From positions 77,644,777 through 77,708,776 of the forward strand of contig NC_068991.1 of assembly GCF_001194135.2 (NCBI RefSeq): 64,000 bases of DNA, read 5' to 3'. Position numbers and translations under genes: made by a program. This DNA comes from Octopus bimaculoides. Its lineage: Eukaryota. The notes under the pieces were generated by a model. The model did not search any database. It was given only the letters and a program-made list of their open reading frames with translations, and was not told the DNA's origin. Positions 13,123 through 25,531 of this stretch are shown here, piece after piece (position 1 is the first letter of the stretch; every line of letters begins with the position of its first letter).

Positions 13123-13890
13123 GTAAACTGTATCTCACATCAAATATATTTCCCTTTGCCTTGGGAACAATACTGTTAATTAATCTGAACATTATCTCCA
13201 TCAGTTCTCCATTCTATTTTGTTGCAACAACCAAATGTGTTGTGATGCAACGTGTTGTGATGTTTGGGACTGCTGCATTCTATCTCTGCTGCATTACAAA
13301 ACTACAAAACTGAACAGTGAGGTTACAGCGATGATTAAACAGATCAGTTGATAGAATAGCTCCAAGGTCAAACTAAGATGATGTCTGCAGAAAACATGGC
13401 TTCTGGAAGGAGCCGTAAATATAATAAGACTTCCAAGAAGATCTATGGCTTTGTTTAAGAAGATAAGATTTACAGATATTGTTGAGAAGTACAACTCTAA
13501 TGGTTGTTGCATAACATTTTCTGTAGTTTCCTGTTGCTCATTGGAATATTAACAAACACATGCAATTCAAGTAAATGCATCGAATGCAGTAAGGGGGGGG
13601 GCGGAAGGATTGTGCTGTTCACTGAGTTAATCTCAAGTGTTTCAGTTCAAAACTCAAGCACTGCTTTTACAGTATCTGGAAGCTCGTTAGTCTATTTACA
13701 TCAATCTGGCTGTCTGTCTGTCAGTCTACCTATCTACCTACCTGTCTGTTTGTCTGTTGGTCTGTCTGTCAGTCTACCTATCTACCTAACTGTCTGTCTG
13801 TCTACCTGTCTCTCTATCTACCTACCTATCGATCTACCTACCTATCTATCTACCTACCAACCTGTCTATTTATCTATCTAACTAACTAAC

Positions 13891-13937
<47 letters not shown>

Positions 13938-13984
13938 TTATAGAGAGCGTGATAAATTGAATATTAACTCAATTTAAAAAGATT

Positions 13985-14165
13985 TAAAAGCACCCACTAC
14001 ACTCTCGGAGTGGTTGGCGTTAGGAAGGGCATCCAGCTGTAGAAACTCTGCCAAATCAGATTGGAGCCTGGTGTAGCCACCTGGTTTCACCAGTCCTCAG
14101 TCAAATCGTCCAACCCATGCTAGCATGGAAAGCAGACGTTAAACGATGATGATGATGATGATGAA
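13985..14165 (+). mobile_element. RTE LINE 3' tail (family C), ending in (GAT)n. Other copies: 10828-10925(-), 17145-17415(-), 18530-18750(+), 24600-24830(-), 31310-31570(-), 34895-35015(-), 52219-52330(-), 63575-63700(-)
   Basis: Shared sequence gtggttggcgttaggaagggcatccagctgtagaaa...ccaacccatgctagcatggaaagcagacgttaaacgatgatg. The same tail follows RTE coding sequence at 35559-36204. Confidence 0.85.
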
Positions 14166-14764
14166 CATGTCTAAGATTCTTCCCCACCTCATTGGACCAC
14201 CACCCCTACTACCATCACCACTGACACAAAAGGCAACTGTCACCACCACCACCACCACCACTACCACCACCCACAACACCAGCTAATTCCGTCAAGCCAC
14301 ATACTTACTCCTACCACTATCACAACAACCCTAAACACTACTACAACCACCATTATTGCCACTACCACCACCACCACTATTACTATCACCAAAATATCAA
14401 AATAAGTGTTGATACAAAATTGGGGAGCATTGCCCCCTTCGGTTAAATAAGGTGATTTTAAAATTGCTATCTGTTAACCGTTATTGTAAGAGCACCTGTT
14501 TAAAACTGGTAAACATGCCATTACAACTGGTATCACATTCACACACACACACTCTCTCTCTTCGCACCACCAGCACCACCATTACCACTGCTTTCAGATG
14601 TGAAAGAAGACTGGAGACTGACATTATAGATTATCTTTATGTAAAGTATTGCTATGCACAAACACTCACATAATATATATATATATGTGAGTGTGTGTGC
14701 ATGTCTATACATATCTGTGTATGTGTTCTTTGTTATTATGTCTGGGATGAATATTTAATATTTA

Positions 14765-14855
<91 letters not shown>

Positions 14856-14954
14856 GCACTCACTCACATATGCACTCACATACTGGCATACACATGCACT
14901 CTCAGACTAGATATACATGAAGACACACAAGAATACAAACACGAATATGTAGAT

Positions 14955-15001
<47 letters not shown>

Positions 15002-16355
15002 GACACAGCTTTTAAACATTGGTTTGAGAAGAAGAAAATTTCTGGTTGAGTGTTCATTTACTGATTGTAAGAGGTTAAGGAATTTTAGTAATGTCTCAAG
15101 TAAAAACACTTTCTTTAGAACATACGATCTCGTCTTTGAGCTGAAGTGCTGTTCTTTAAATGTGTGTAGCAGGCTTCATTTGCTGACAAGTTCGACTAAA
15201 AAGAATCAACATTGAGATGAAATTTCTGGACAATGTTAGGGAGTCTTCCTGAAATAATCTTTATGCAAATGAATCATTGTGACAGACCAAAATAATGAGA
15301 ATAGTGTTTCTCTTGTAAAGCCATTCTTTGCCTCTTGTACATTCTGCATCTACTTTACATGTTAATACTCCATTTCAGTTATCAATTGAGAGTTCTTGTA
15401 ATGGCTGTTTGGTTACGAATGTTACATCACAACTAACCTTTCCTTTATTCCTGGTTTCTATCTCCATTGTGCGACATCTTGAAGCATCTTACCCCACAGT
15501 CTCAGTCTTGTGACAGATCCACGTCTTGTGAGCGTAACCAGGTAGATAAGATCCATAGAGAAGCCTATCTGATGAGCAGTGTTTGTTCTTGGGTGGCAGA
15601 TTTAGTCTGTCAATCAATTCAACCCTGCTGCCATGAGTGTCTTTGGCGGAGTTCATTCGGTTGCTAACATTTAGATCGGATCTCAAGTTTGAGGATAAAT
15701 TAATATTGTGGAACATCTTTTTTCAACTGCAACAGCAGAAATTGTACTTTCTCCCATATTTTTTCTTCCTACCAATCTGAAAGACACTCCAAAATCCACG
15801 AATGCTGCTTTTTCACTTACCAGACACACAGACATTTTTTTAACTTCATCCCAAGGTGCAGTACAGTGAGATTGAACCTGGAATCTTTATGAATGAAAAG
15901 TAAACGTGTTAACCAGATAACTATGCCTTCATCCAAAAGTATTATGGTGATTTGCTGATAAGTTAATAGCGAAGAATAAAAAGAAGGTTAGATTTTAGTA
16001 TTATTTATATTAATTTAGCTCTGCAGTTTGAATCGTAATTTCATAAAAGGCTTACCTTACATGGAAGAAAAATAATTTCTGGAAAATGAAAGTAAAAGAA
16101 ATCAAAATTTTATTTACCTTAGAAAGCAACAACAACAACAACAACAGCAGCAGCAGCAGCAACAACAACAAGAAGTATTAAATTGAATAATATGCAAACA
16201 TATTTTGGGGGGAAAGTTAAAATAATATTAAATGCATTGTTAAAACTCAATAAAAAGAATTGAAAGAGGAGAGAAGAAAGAAATCAATTGAAAGAAGAAG
16301 AAGAAGAAGAAGAAGAAGAAGAAGAAGAAGAAGAAGAAGAAGAAGAAGAAGAAGA

Positions 16356-18748
16356 NNNNNNNNNNNNNNNNNNNNNNNNNNNNNNNNNNNNNNNNNNNNN
16401 NNNNNNNNNNNNNNNNNNNNNNNNNNNNNNNNNNNNNNNNNNNNNNNNNNNNNNNNNNNNNNNNNNNNNNNNNNNNNNNNNNNNNNNNNNNNNNNNNNNN
16501 NNNNNNNNNNNNNNNNNNNNNNNNNNNNNNNNNNNNNNNNNNNNNNNNNNNNNNNNNNNNNNNNNNNNNNNNNNNNNNNNNNNNNNNNNNNNNNNNNNNN
16601 NNNNNNNNNNNNNNNNNNNNNNNNNNNNNNNNNNNNNNNNNNNNNNNNNNNNNNNNNNNNNNNNNNNNNNNNNNNNNNNNNNNNNNNNNNNNNNNNNNNN
16701 NNNNNNNNNNNNNNNNNNNNNNNNNNNNNNNNNNNNNNNNNNNNNNNNNNNNNNNNNNNNNNNNNNNNNNNNNNNNNNNNNNNNNNNNNNNNNNNNNNNN
16801 NNNNNNNNNNNNNNNNNNNNNNNNNNNNNNNNNNNNNNNNNNNNNNNNNNNNNNNNNNNNNNNNNNNNNNNNNNNNNNNNNNNNNNNNNNNTATATATAT
16901 ATATATATATATGTATGTACATGTGCACACGTGCATACATATACATAGACACACACACACATATATATATACACTCATGTGCATATACACGTATGTATGT
17001 ATGTATGTATAAACCATGCCAGCATGTAACAAGGACTTTCAATGATGATGATGATGAGGAGGCGGAGGAGGAGGGGTGAATATAACATAATTATGCAACA
17101 AATATGCTAATTCAACAATAGAAGGGAAATTGCACCATAATATCATCATCATCATCATCATCATCAGCATCAGCAGCAGCAGCAGCATCATCCACATCAT
17201 TATTGTTATCATTTAACATCCATGCTCCCCGCTGGCTTGGGTTGGATGGTTCAAGACCATCCTATGGTTCCAAGGCCTGCAGCATGCTCCAGTATCTGAT
17301 TTGACATGTTTTCTATGGCCGGATGCCCTTCCTAATGCCAACCACTTTACAGCGTGTGGACTGGGTGCCTTTTACATGGCACCAGCACCAGTGAGGTTGC
17401 CATGCCACTTGCAAGACTGTGGATTCTGAGAAGAGCAGCCTTATGCTAGAAGATGATGGGGTGTCTGGGTGGATTGTCAAGAAACAAGATGTGTAGAAGT
17501 GGAACCAGAGGAAATGGGGGTGGGAGGAGATGCTGCAAGAGTGTAAGGGAGAGTAAGATGGGGTGGGAAATAGATGATGGGGGAGTGAATATAATGATTG
17601 AAGAACAGGTGTTGAGGCTGGGTGCAGTGAATGATGGATAAAGTGGGGGTGGTGCTTGTGGGTGAAGTGTAACAGAATTGTAATATTGATAGAGTAGACA
17701 AAGGAGGGATGACCATGAGAGAGAGAGAGAGAGTGAAATGATGTGTGGTTGGCTAGGTTGCTAGAATGTGCGTGTGGGGTGGGGTGGGGGGTGTAAGACA
17801 TATATTGGCAAAGAAGGGGAGATAATTTGGTGGTTCAGGTAAGTGATCAATGTAAAATGTGGGTAGAGAGGACAGTATAAGGATGATGGATGGCTATCAA
17901 GTGAAAAAGGTTAATGGTATCAAGGAAAAGCTGCAGAGAGATAATGTGTGGTGGGGGGTGGGTTGAAGAGGAAATTGGGTGGCAGGCCCGGTTGCATACA
18001 CACACACACACAGTACTTAGTGGCTTAGGTTTGTTGATTTGGACATGTATTCTCAAGAACTGCATGTTGCCAGTTATTCCAATACCTAATCATTTCCTCC
18101 ATAAGGCTCAAAGTCCTGCAGTAAGCTTTCATTACTTCGCTCTTTATCTTCCTGGGTTACCCCCTTTCACAAACTCAATCCACCTTCTTTATATACATCT
18201 GTCCTCAACCAAATCCATCACAGACTCCTACCAGTACAGTCTCCTTTCTTATATGCTACATCTAATTCCTCTTATGCCCAGTTTTTTTCTCAGCACATTT
18301 CTATGTACACTTATGTACACTTATGTTGCCCATCTAACAGAGTGTGATCACTTTATTTCTTTGAAATCTTTTAAATTCCTCTGCATTCAAGGCCCAAGTT
18401 TCACTACTTTGTAGCATCACAATTCTAAGACAAGCACCATACAATCTTCCCTCCACTCTGAAAAGAAAGACCTTTGCTAACAGCAGCAGCTGAACTTTCT
18501 CCAAACTCTTCTTATCCTGGTGTTGTATTTTCCGAGCAATCATGTCAACCAGCCTCCAGAGTGACTTTGAAGGCAGGGCAACTGGAGGCTGTAAATTTGA
18601 CAACTCCGGGAAGGGCACCCAGCTGTAGAAACATTGCCAGATCAGATTGGAGCCTGGTGCAGCCACTAGCTCTCCAGACCTCAATCAAACTGTCCAACCC
18701 ATGCCAGCATGGAAAACGGACGTTAAACGATGATGATGATGATGATGA

Positions 18749-18786
<38 letters not shown>

Positions 18787-19456
18787 AAATACAGGGTAGC
18801 AAAAAAAATTTTGANNNNNNNNNNNNNNNNNNNNNNNNNNNNNNNNNNNNNNNNNNNNNNNNNNNNNNNNNNNNNNNNNNNNNNNNNNNNNNNNNNNNNN
18901 NNNNNNNNNNNNNNNNNNNNNNNNNNNNNNNNNNNNNNNNNNNNNNNNNNNNNNNNNNNNNNNNNNNNNNNNNNNNNNNNNNNNNNNNNNNNNNNNNNNN
19001 NNNNNNNNNNNNNNNNNNNNNNNNNNNNNNNNNNNNNNNNNNNNNNNNNNNNNNNNNNNNNNNNNNNNNNNNNNNNNNNNNNNNNNNNNNNNNNNNNNNN
19101 NNNNNNNNNNNNNNNNNNNNNNNNNNNNNNNNNNNNNNNNNNNNNNNNNNNNNNNNNNNNNNNNNNNNNNNNNNNNNNNNNNNNNNNNNNNNNNNNNNNN
19201 NNNNNNNNNNNNNNNNNNNNNNNNNNNNNNNNNNNNNNNNNNNNNNNNNNNNNNNNNNNNNNNNNNNNNNNNNNNNNNNNNNNNNNNNNNNNNNNNNNNN
19301 NNNNNNNNNNNNNNNNNNNNNNNNNNNNNNNNNNNNNNNNNNNNNNNNNNNNNNNNNNNNNNNNNNNNNNNNNNNNNNNNNNNNNNNNNNNNNNNNNNNN
19401 NNNNNNNNNNNNNNNNNNNNNNNNNNNNNNNNNNNNNNNNNNNNNNNNNNNNNNNN

Positions 19457-19494
<38 letters not shown>

Positions 19495-20424
19495 CACAAA
19501 CACCACACATATATCATCATCCTCATCGTCATCATATAACATCCACGTTCCATTCTGACATAAATTATACAGCATGCATGTGTGTGTGTGTGTGTGTGCG
19601 TGCGCACGCGTGCATGTGTGTCTGCATGCGTGCATGTGTGTTTACAATCATACTTTAGAAACATCAAGAAATAAGAAAATAAGACTAGCCTATCAAGTAT
19701 TTCAAATGTGAAGGTACTCATAAATAACAGTTCATTATATTGGCTAAAAATCCTTTTTTTTACTGTCCAAGGAGTTTTTTTTTCTCCTCTTTCTCTATAT
19801 TTTTTTTTTCTTGTCAAATGTATTATAAAGTTATGATTTATTGCTACATTCACATTCAAGGTACTCCGAAAAACAGACACACACATACACACATATATAT
19901 ATATATCATATATATATATATATATCATATATATATATNNNNNNNNNNNNNNNNNNNNNNNNNNNNNNNNNNNNNNNNNNNNNNNNNNNNNNNNNNNNNN
20001 NNNNNNNNNNNNNNNNNNNNNNNNNNNNNNNNNNNNNNNNNNNNNNNNNNNNNNNNNNNNNNNNNNNNNNNNNNNNNNNNNNNNNNNNNNNNNNNNNNNN
20101 NNNNNNNNNNNNNNNNNNNNNNNNNNNNNNNNNNNNNNNNNNNNNNNNNNNNNNNNNNNNNNNNNNNNNNNNNNNNNNNNNNNNNNNNNNNNNNNNNNNN
20201 NNNNNNNNNNNNNNNNNNNNNNNNNNNNNNNNNNNNNNNNNNNNNNNNNNNNNNNNNNNNNNNNNNNNNNNNNNNNNNNNNNNNNNNNNNNNNNNNNNNN
20301 NNNNNNNNNNNNNNNNNNNNNNNNNNNNNNNNNNNNNNNNNNNNNNNNNNNNNNNNNNNNNNNNNNNNNNNNNNNNNNNNNNNNNNNNNNNNNNNNNNNN
20401 NNNNNNNNNNNNNNNNNNNNNNNN
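16356..20424. other. Region dominated by assembly gaps (N runs; others near 2.1, 25.7, 37.5, 42.1, 45.0 and 62.7 kb), most flanked by microsatellites
   Basis: N runs are seen directly. They inflate the ORF track with poly-X ORFs. Confidence 0.95.
18040..18525 (-). mobile_element. RTE LINE C-terminal fragment (decayed)
   Basis: KVFLFRVEGRLYGACLRIVMLQSSETWALNAEEFKRFQRNK...LRKKLGIRGIRC...; stops and frameshifts present. Confidence 0.8.
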
Positions 20425-22255
20425 TGTGCGTGAATGTATGCATGTCTATGTGTGTATATCTATATAAAAGATTACGAACATTTAAAGAATAAAACTATTA
20501 AATATAATATTTTTACACCATTTGGGGAATAAAAATCCAATATTTTTGTTATTTCTTATTGAATATGCATTGTTTTGTACTTCTTAAAAAAAAATCTATA
20601 TAAAGCCTCTTCTACTCAGTATCATTCTTCAATTTATAGCAGAGATCATAATTTTTATGCCTGATATTATTTTCCAATGCTCTGTAATACTCCACTCCCA
20701 ACAAACAAACACAAAAAAAGGAATCTCCACACAGATTCCGTTTGATTTTTAAATGTTTGAAATCCCAAAGAAAAGGTAAGAAAACTTTCATGCCATTATA
20801 TATTTAGATATTTGTACTGGTTGTATCTAAGAAAAACCTGCTTCCTATTCGAAGATGATTTTTATGCTGTCAGCATCATATTGACACAGGGCTTATGATG
20901 CTATTTTATGCTATTCTGTAACATTGCTCTCCTGTTGATATAATAAATAACAGGCTGTATCATATTGCAATATATCGTATTGCATCTTAACTAATCATAA
21001 CAAATATAGAAATAAACAATAGCCTAGCAATGGCCAATGTAAAAGGAAATGGCATATCATTAAATTTATCGCATGAAATCGCTTTTAAGGTTTGATGATA
21101 AAGAGATGCTGCAGTTGATACACCTCCTCCCCTTCCTCCTCCTTAGCCTGTTCCTCTTTTCCTTAGACTCCCCACAAACTGTGATTCACCCCTGTCCACT
21201 CCTTCGTCAAATATTCACCATCCGCTACAGCCACTTCTCTCTTTATCTCTAACCATCACTCACTCTCCTTTCATGCTCCCAAGAACCCACCCACCCATGC
21301 ATCCATTCTTATTTCTTCGTCCCAATTCTCACTTTATCCATCTTGTTGTACCTGACATCTCTTCTCCACCATCATTTGCTCCATTTCCAGCTGGGGTGGC
21401 CATGGATTTCCTCTACTGCAACGCATCTGTTCCTGTCCCCTAATCAGATTTCAGGATCCCAACATCTGGCACAAAACCACTTTGCAAATACTGTGCCTCA
21501 AGTCTTGTCTTGTAAGTTACCTGTCGACCTCACTTGAACTGGTGCCACAGAATCAGAACCGAATTAACCATTAAGCAAAATAAGCATGCATCAAAGAAAT
21601 GGTAAATGGTTTACAGCACAAAAGAAATCACTTTAAACTTGCTAAAATAATATTGGAAGTGGTTTATATAATTGGAAACATAATTTCGGAATGTTCGTAG
21701 TCATAGTGAGGATCTGATTGCAATTTTGAATAAAAGACAAAGCAAACTTTTCAAATATAAATAAAATGGAAGCATACAAGAATAAATGTTCTTTTGTTGG
21801 TTTTGTTTCATTATAAAATCAAAAAAATTTTTTATGGTTTATTATTGTTTATATTTTGAATTAAATATACATGTGGCAGCACCGAAATCTTTTAAGTCTT
21901 TAGGGCCCCTATGGGTCTTAATCAAGTCCTTAACCCAGTACACTCACATTCAGCAAGGGTAGCCAGCCATAGAAACGCTGGCAAAGCAGGCATTCAAGCT
22001 AAATGCAGTTCTCTGGTTTGCCAGATTCTGATGACTCATCTGACCCATGCAAGCATGGAACATGGACGTGAAATGAAGACAATGATGACCATAATGATGA
22101 TGATGACAATGACAATGACGATGATGATGGTAGTGGACGGTTGGTCCTGTGGCTAAGGCACATGGGAACCAAAAGAGTGTTGGCCCCAAGGTGTCTGTCA
22201 CAAAGGCCCACTGATGGCATTTGAACCAGTCCCCCTGTTTCAAGGTTAGACAAAC

Positions 22256-22384
22256 CTTGTGTTTCGAGGGTAAACATGAGAGAAAAGGAAACTAGCAGAG
22301 CAAACTGAGTATGTACCAGAAGAAAGGTAACCTTCAAACTTTGGCATGGAACTCCACAATTGCCAATTCCTGTGAACTTGACAT
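22256..22384 (-). CDS. Candidate phase 1-1 exon, 129 nt: (D)VKFTGIGNCGVPCQSLKVTFLLVHTQFALLVSFSLMFTLETQ
   Basis: Very strong acceptor cttctctcttttctctcttcag at 22385. The donor is uncertain (AAG|GTTTGT at 22255; alternatives at 22331 and 22316). The frame is open, but identity is not established. Confidence 0.25.
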
Positions 22385-22557
22385 CTGAAGAGAGAAAAGA
22401 GAGAAGATTAACAGAAAGGACAAAACCTATGTCTTATACAGTATTTGCATTAATTCTTCTGCATTTAACTTTAACTGCCCTCTTTTTTGGGGGTGGGGGA
22501 AGAGGGAGAAAGATCCAGTAAAAAATTAACAATTCACATTTAAAAGAAAGAATTTTC

Positions 22558-22625
22558 GCAAATGCTTCATGCAAAATGCTTTTTGGAAATGCTTCATGCA
22601 AAATGCTTTTTGCAAATGCTTCATG
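22558..22625. repeat. 27-bp tandem repeat, 2.5 copies (gcaaatgcttcatgcaaaatgcttttt)
   Basis: Units start at 22558, 22585 and 22612. Confidence 0.9.
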
Positions 22626-22694
22626 TGTAAACTGGATCTAGCTCACTAATATATAGCTGACCATTACAATGCTAAAAATCAGATCTGAACAGGA

Positions 22695-22746
22695 ACATCT
22701 GATGAGTGTAGGTTTTTGGAGATTTACATGAAACTGCTAGTTGTGT
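22695..22746 (+). ncRNA. Type I hammerhead ribozyme-like motif (Penelope/retrozyme type)
   Basis: acat-CUGAUGA-gtgtagg[10-nt loop]tttacat-GAA-act[gct]agt-U-gtgt. Stem I is 4 bp, stem II 7 bp with G.U at 10.1-11.1, stem III 3 bp, and the cleavage triplet is GUU at 22740-22742. Confidence 0.6.
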
Positions 22747-22778
22747 AACTTGCTGAGTTCATAAGATTATCATCTAAA

Positions 22779-22834
<56 letters not shown>

Positions 22835-23477
22835 TGTGCATGCATGCATAAGAGTGAAACATGTCTGGAGTTGTTTCCTGTTTTTACCGAAATAATTAAA
22901 ATAATCTTCATTTCTAACATTAGCATTAAGATATATTTTAGGGACAATTTAATCCCAATACTTGACTGTACTTTATTTCATCAGCCCCCACATGAATGAA
23001 TGGCAAAGTTGATCTCAGTGGTTTTAAAACACTGCTTCAAAAAAGCCATCCAATCCATGTTTATAACTAAGGCATCTTGTCCACCAACCCGACAACTAAT
23101 TTCAATCATTTACTAATATTGTCTTTCTCCATACTACATAATTATTTCTAGTTAATTCTTGAATAGTCCATGATACATTAAATGTGTTAAGACCAACTGG
23201 ACAATTGAGAATTAAGTGCCTTGCCCAAGGTTGCATTGCAATGCTTGTACCAGTATACAACTTACTTGACATTAAACGAGTAGACCTGTACACTATTTAC
23301 TAAGACTTAATATTCAGCAATCTCAATGCGTATACAACACACCTGCTGTGTGTGTGTGTGTAAAGTGCATATTTGTAGTTTTTATAGAAGACAATAAATG
23401 TCTATTAATGTATGAATTTATGTGTATTTTTAGAGAAGTGTATACACACATACACATACATACATACAAGCACACTC

Positions 23478-23512
<35 letters not shown>

Positions 23513-24397
23513 CGTGTGTGTGTGTGTATATGTATATACATATTCATACATACTTGATACATATATACATATTTATATCTGTGTGTGTGTGTACTTAAAA
23601 GATTATTGAATCACTGAATTCATATTTAAGTCTCCCTACACATATGTGTGTGTGTTTATATACGTATGTACACGCAAATATTTATACACAGGAAAAGAAG
23701 TATGTATGCATACACACACAAGAACACACACATATAGAAACAGATGTGTACGTGTGTAACTGTGTATATGTGCGCATGTTTGCATGTGTGTATTAGATCC
23801 ATACCTAACTTTCACTCTGATGTCTAAACATACATGTACACACATACATATATGCACAACACACAAGTAAACATGTATGCAAATGTATGTGTGTTTTTGT
23901 GTGTTTGCGAATGTATAGTGTGTGTGTGAATGTGTGTTGCCCATTCAATGGACACCATTAACAAATGTCCAGTATTTATTTGAGTAATCTTCTCGTATAT
24001 TTACTGAATCTAACCTTCTGAGAATGTACAAAATAACTAAGTACTAATTATGACTTCAATCTCCAACGTCCCTCCCCCAACTCTCTCTCTCTCTCTCTCT
24101 CTTTCTCTCAATGTGTTTGTATTTCCATATATGTACATATATTCCTGCTTATATGTGCATTCCTACATATATATATATATATGTCACTATAGTTTTCCTT
24201 TACGGTAACACATTGCACATGGGTGTTTTTGTGTGTGTGTATATATAAGGCAAGGAAGAAAATGGAGAAGAGATTCAATTGACAAACATTAGCAAAATCT
24301 ATTTATTACAATCAGAGGAATAAATAAATACAAATAGGTATCCCTCCAGTAGTATATTGGATATTTATTATCCCTTAGATGGTTGTCTCACCTCTAA

Positions 24398-24433
<36 letters not shown>

Positions 24434-24825
24434 GATATGTGTTTGTGGATATTTGTTCATATTTATGCAAATCTAAAAGTATTCATAATATTTTTGCTTC
24501 TTTATGTGTAACCATGAGTTGTATAATCGTACATCCATGTATGCATCTGTCAGTGAATAGTGTGTGTGTGTGTGTATAAATATGTATAAATATACGTGTA
24601 TAAGGATCATCATCATCGTCATTGTTTAACGTCCGCTTTCCATGCTGACAAGCCAGGAGGCTGCACCAGGCTTCAGTTTGGTCTGGCAGAGTTACTACAG
24701 CTCAATGCCCTTCCTAACGCCAACCACTCTGAGAGTGTAGTGGGTGCTTTTTACATGCCACCGCATGAGAGCCAGTCAGGCAACACTGGCATTTGTCACA
24801 CTCAAATGGTACTTTATACATGCCA

Positions 24826-25049
24826 TCAGTGAAGAAGTGGCTCAAACAACAGTCAACAGAATTTTACGGGGCAGGGATACATGCTCTCATTCGAAGGTGG
24901 AACATTGCTCTTGAGAGAAACGGTGACTATGTTGATAAGTAGGGATGTGATCCACAGAGGACCAGCTTCATTTTAATGTATGATGCATATTCCCTGTGTT
25001 GGTAATTATACCTGTCCTAAACAAAATGGCATTACTTTTTGACTCACCG
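24826..25049 (+). mobile_element. mariner transposon 3' fragment (transposase C-terminus plus TIR-like end)
   Basis: SVKKWLKQQSTEFYGAGIHALIRRWNIALERNGDYVDK*, followed by ggcattactttttgactcaccg. Confidence 0.75.
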
Positions 25050-25489
25050 TGACCGGTGTTCAGCCAAGCCTGACCTTTCTTTCTTTTTTCGGCTGCCATC
25101 TGTGCAACAGCTATATTTCTCCCTGTGCCAGTGAAATCTTGTATCCCTGCCGTAAGGCATTACTTCCACACACGCCAGCTTAATTTAATTTGTCCTTAGT
25201 CGAAAGACACATGTTGTTATGTCCTGTTATTTGTATTTGTGTAACATTCTCCATTAATTTCCGTCCTTGTTTTCGTATACATTTGCTGCTTTCTTCCAAG
25301 GAATCTAATGCTCTTAGCTTTGTTTTTCCTTGGGGCTGGCCAGAATGGAGCCATCTCGGGTATAACCAGCCAAAATTACAAAGATAATCTGGAACTCGAC
25401 TGAGGAAAGAAAACTCCGAATGACCCGTCCTTGTTTTCTTTGTATCGTCTATCTGGATGTTTTGCGTTCTTGTCCCATTTTGTATTTTT

Positions 25490-25490
<1 letters not shown>
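25050..25490. mobile_element. Probable Penelope-like element tail; a similar-type tail lies at 35075-35305
   Basis: CpG-containing unique block ending at (TA)n, with pseudo-hammerhead-like ctgagga...ccgaa and ttgaagagcgtagctcgaaacg motifs. Assignment is from recalled resemblance only. Confidence 0.3.

Positions 25491-25531
<41 letters not shown>

Noticed and set aside
12705-13313. 202-aa Asp-rich ORF
   Set aside because: Starts in a SINE and reads through a (GAT/GAC)n array; no domain evidence.
15820-15960. Strong minus-strand donor TG|GTAAGT near 15820
   Set aside because: The upstream sequence is a decayed family-A SINE with no credible acceptor.
16240-20492. Long ORFs of 200-400 aa
   Set aside because: Made of N-gap X residues.
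25400-25432. ctgagga...ccgaa...gtc hammerhead-like string
   Set aside because: Stem II cannot close, GAAA is incomplete, and stem I is not complementary.
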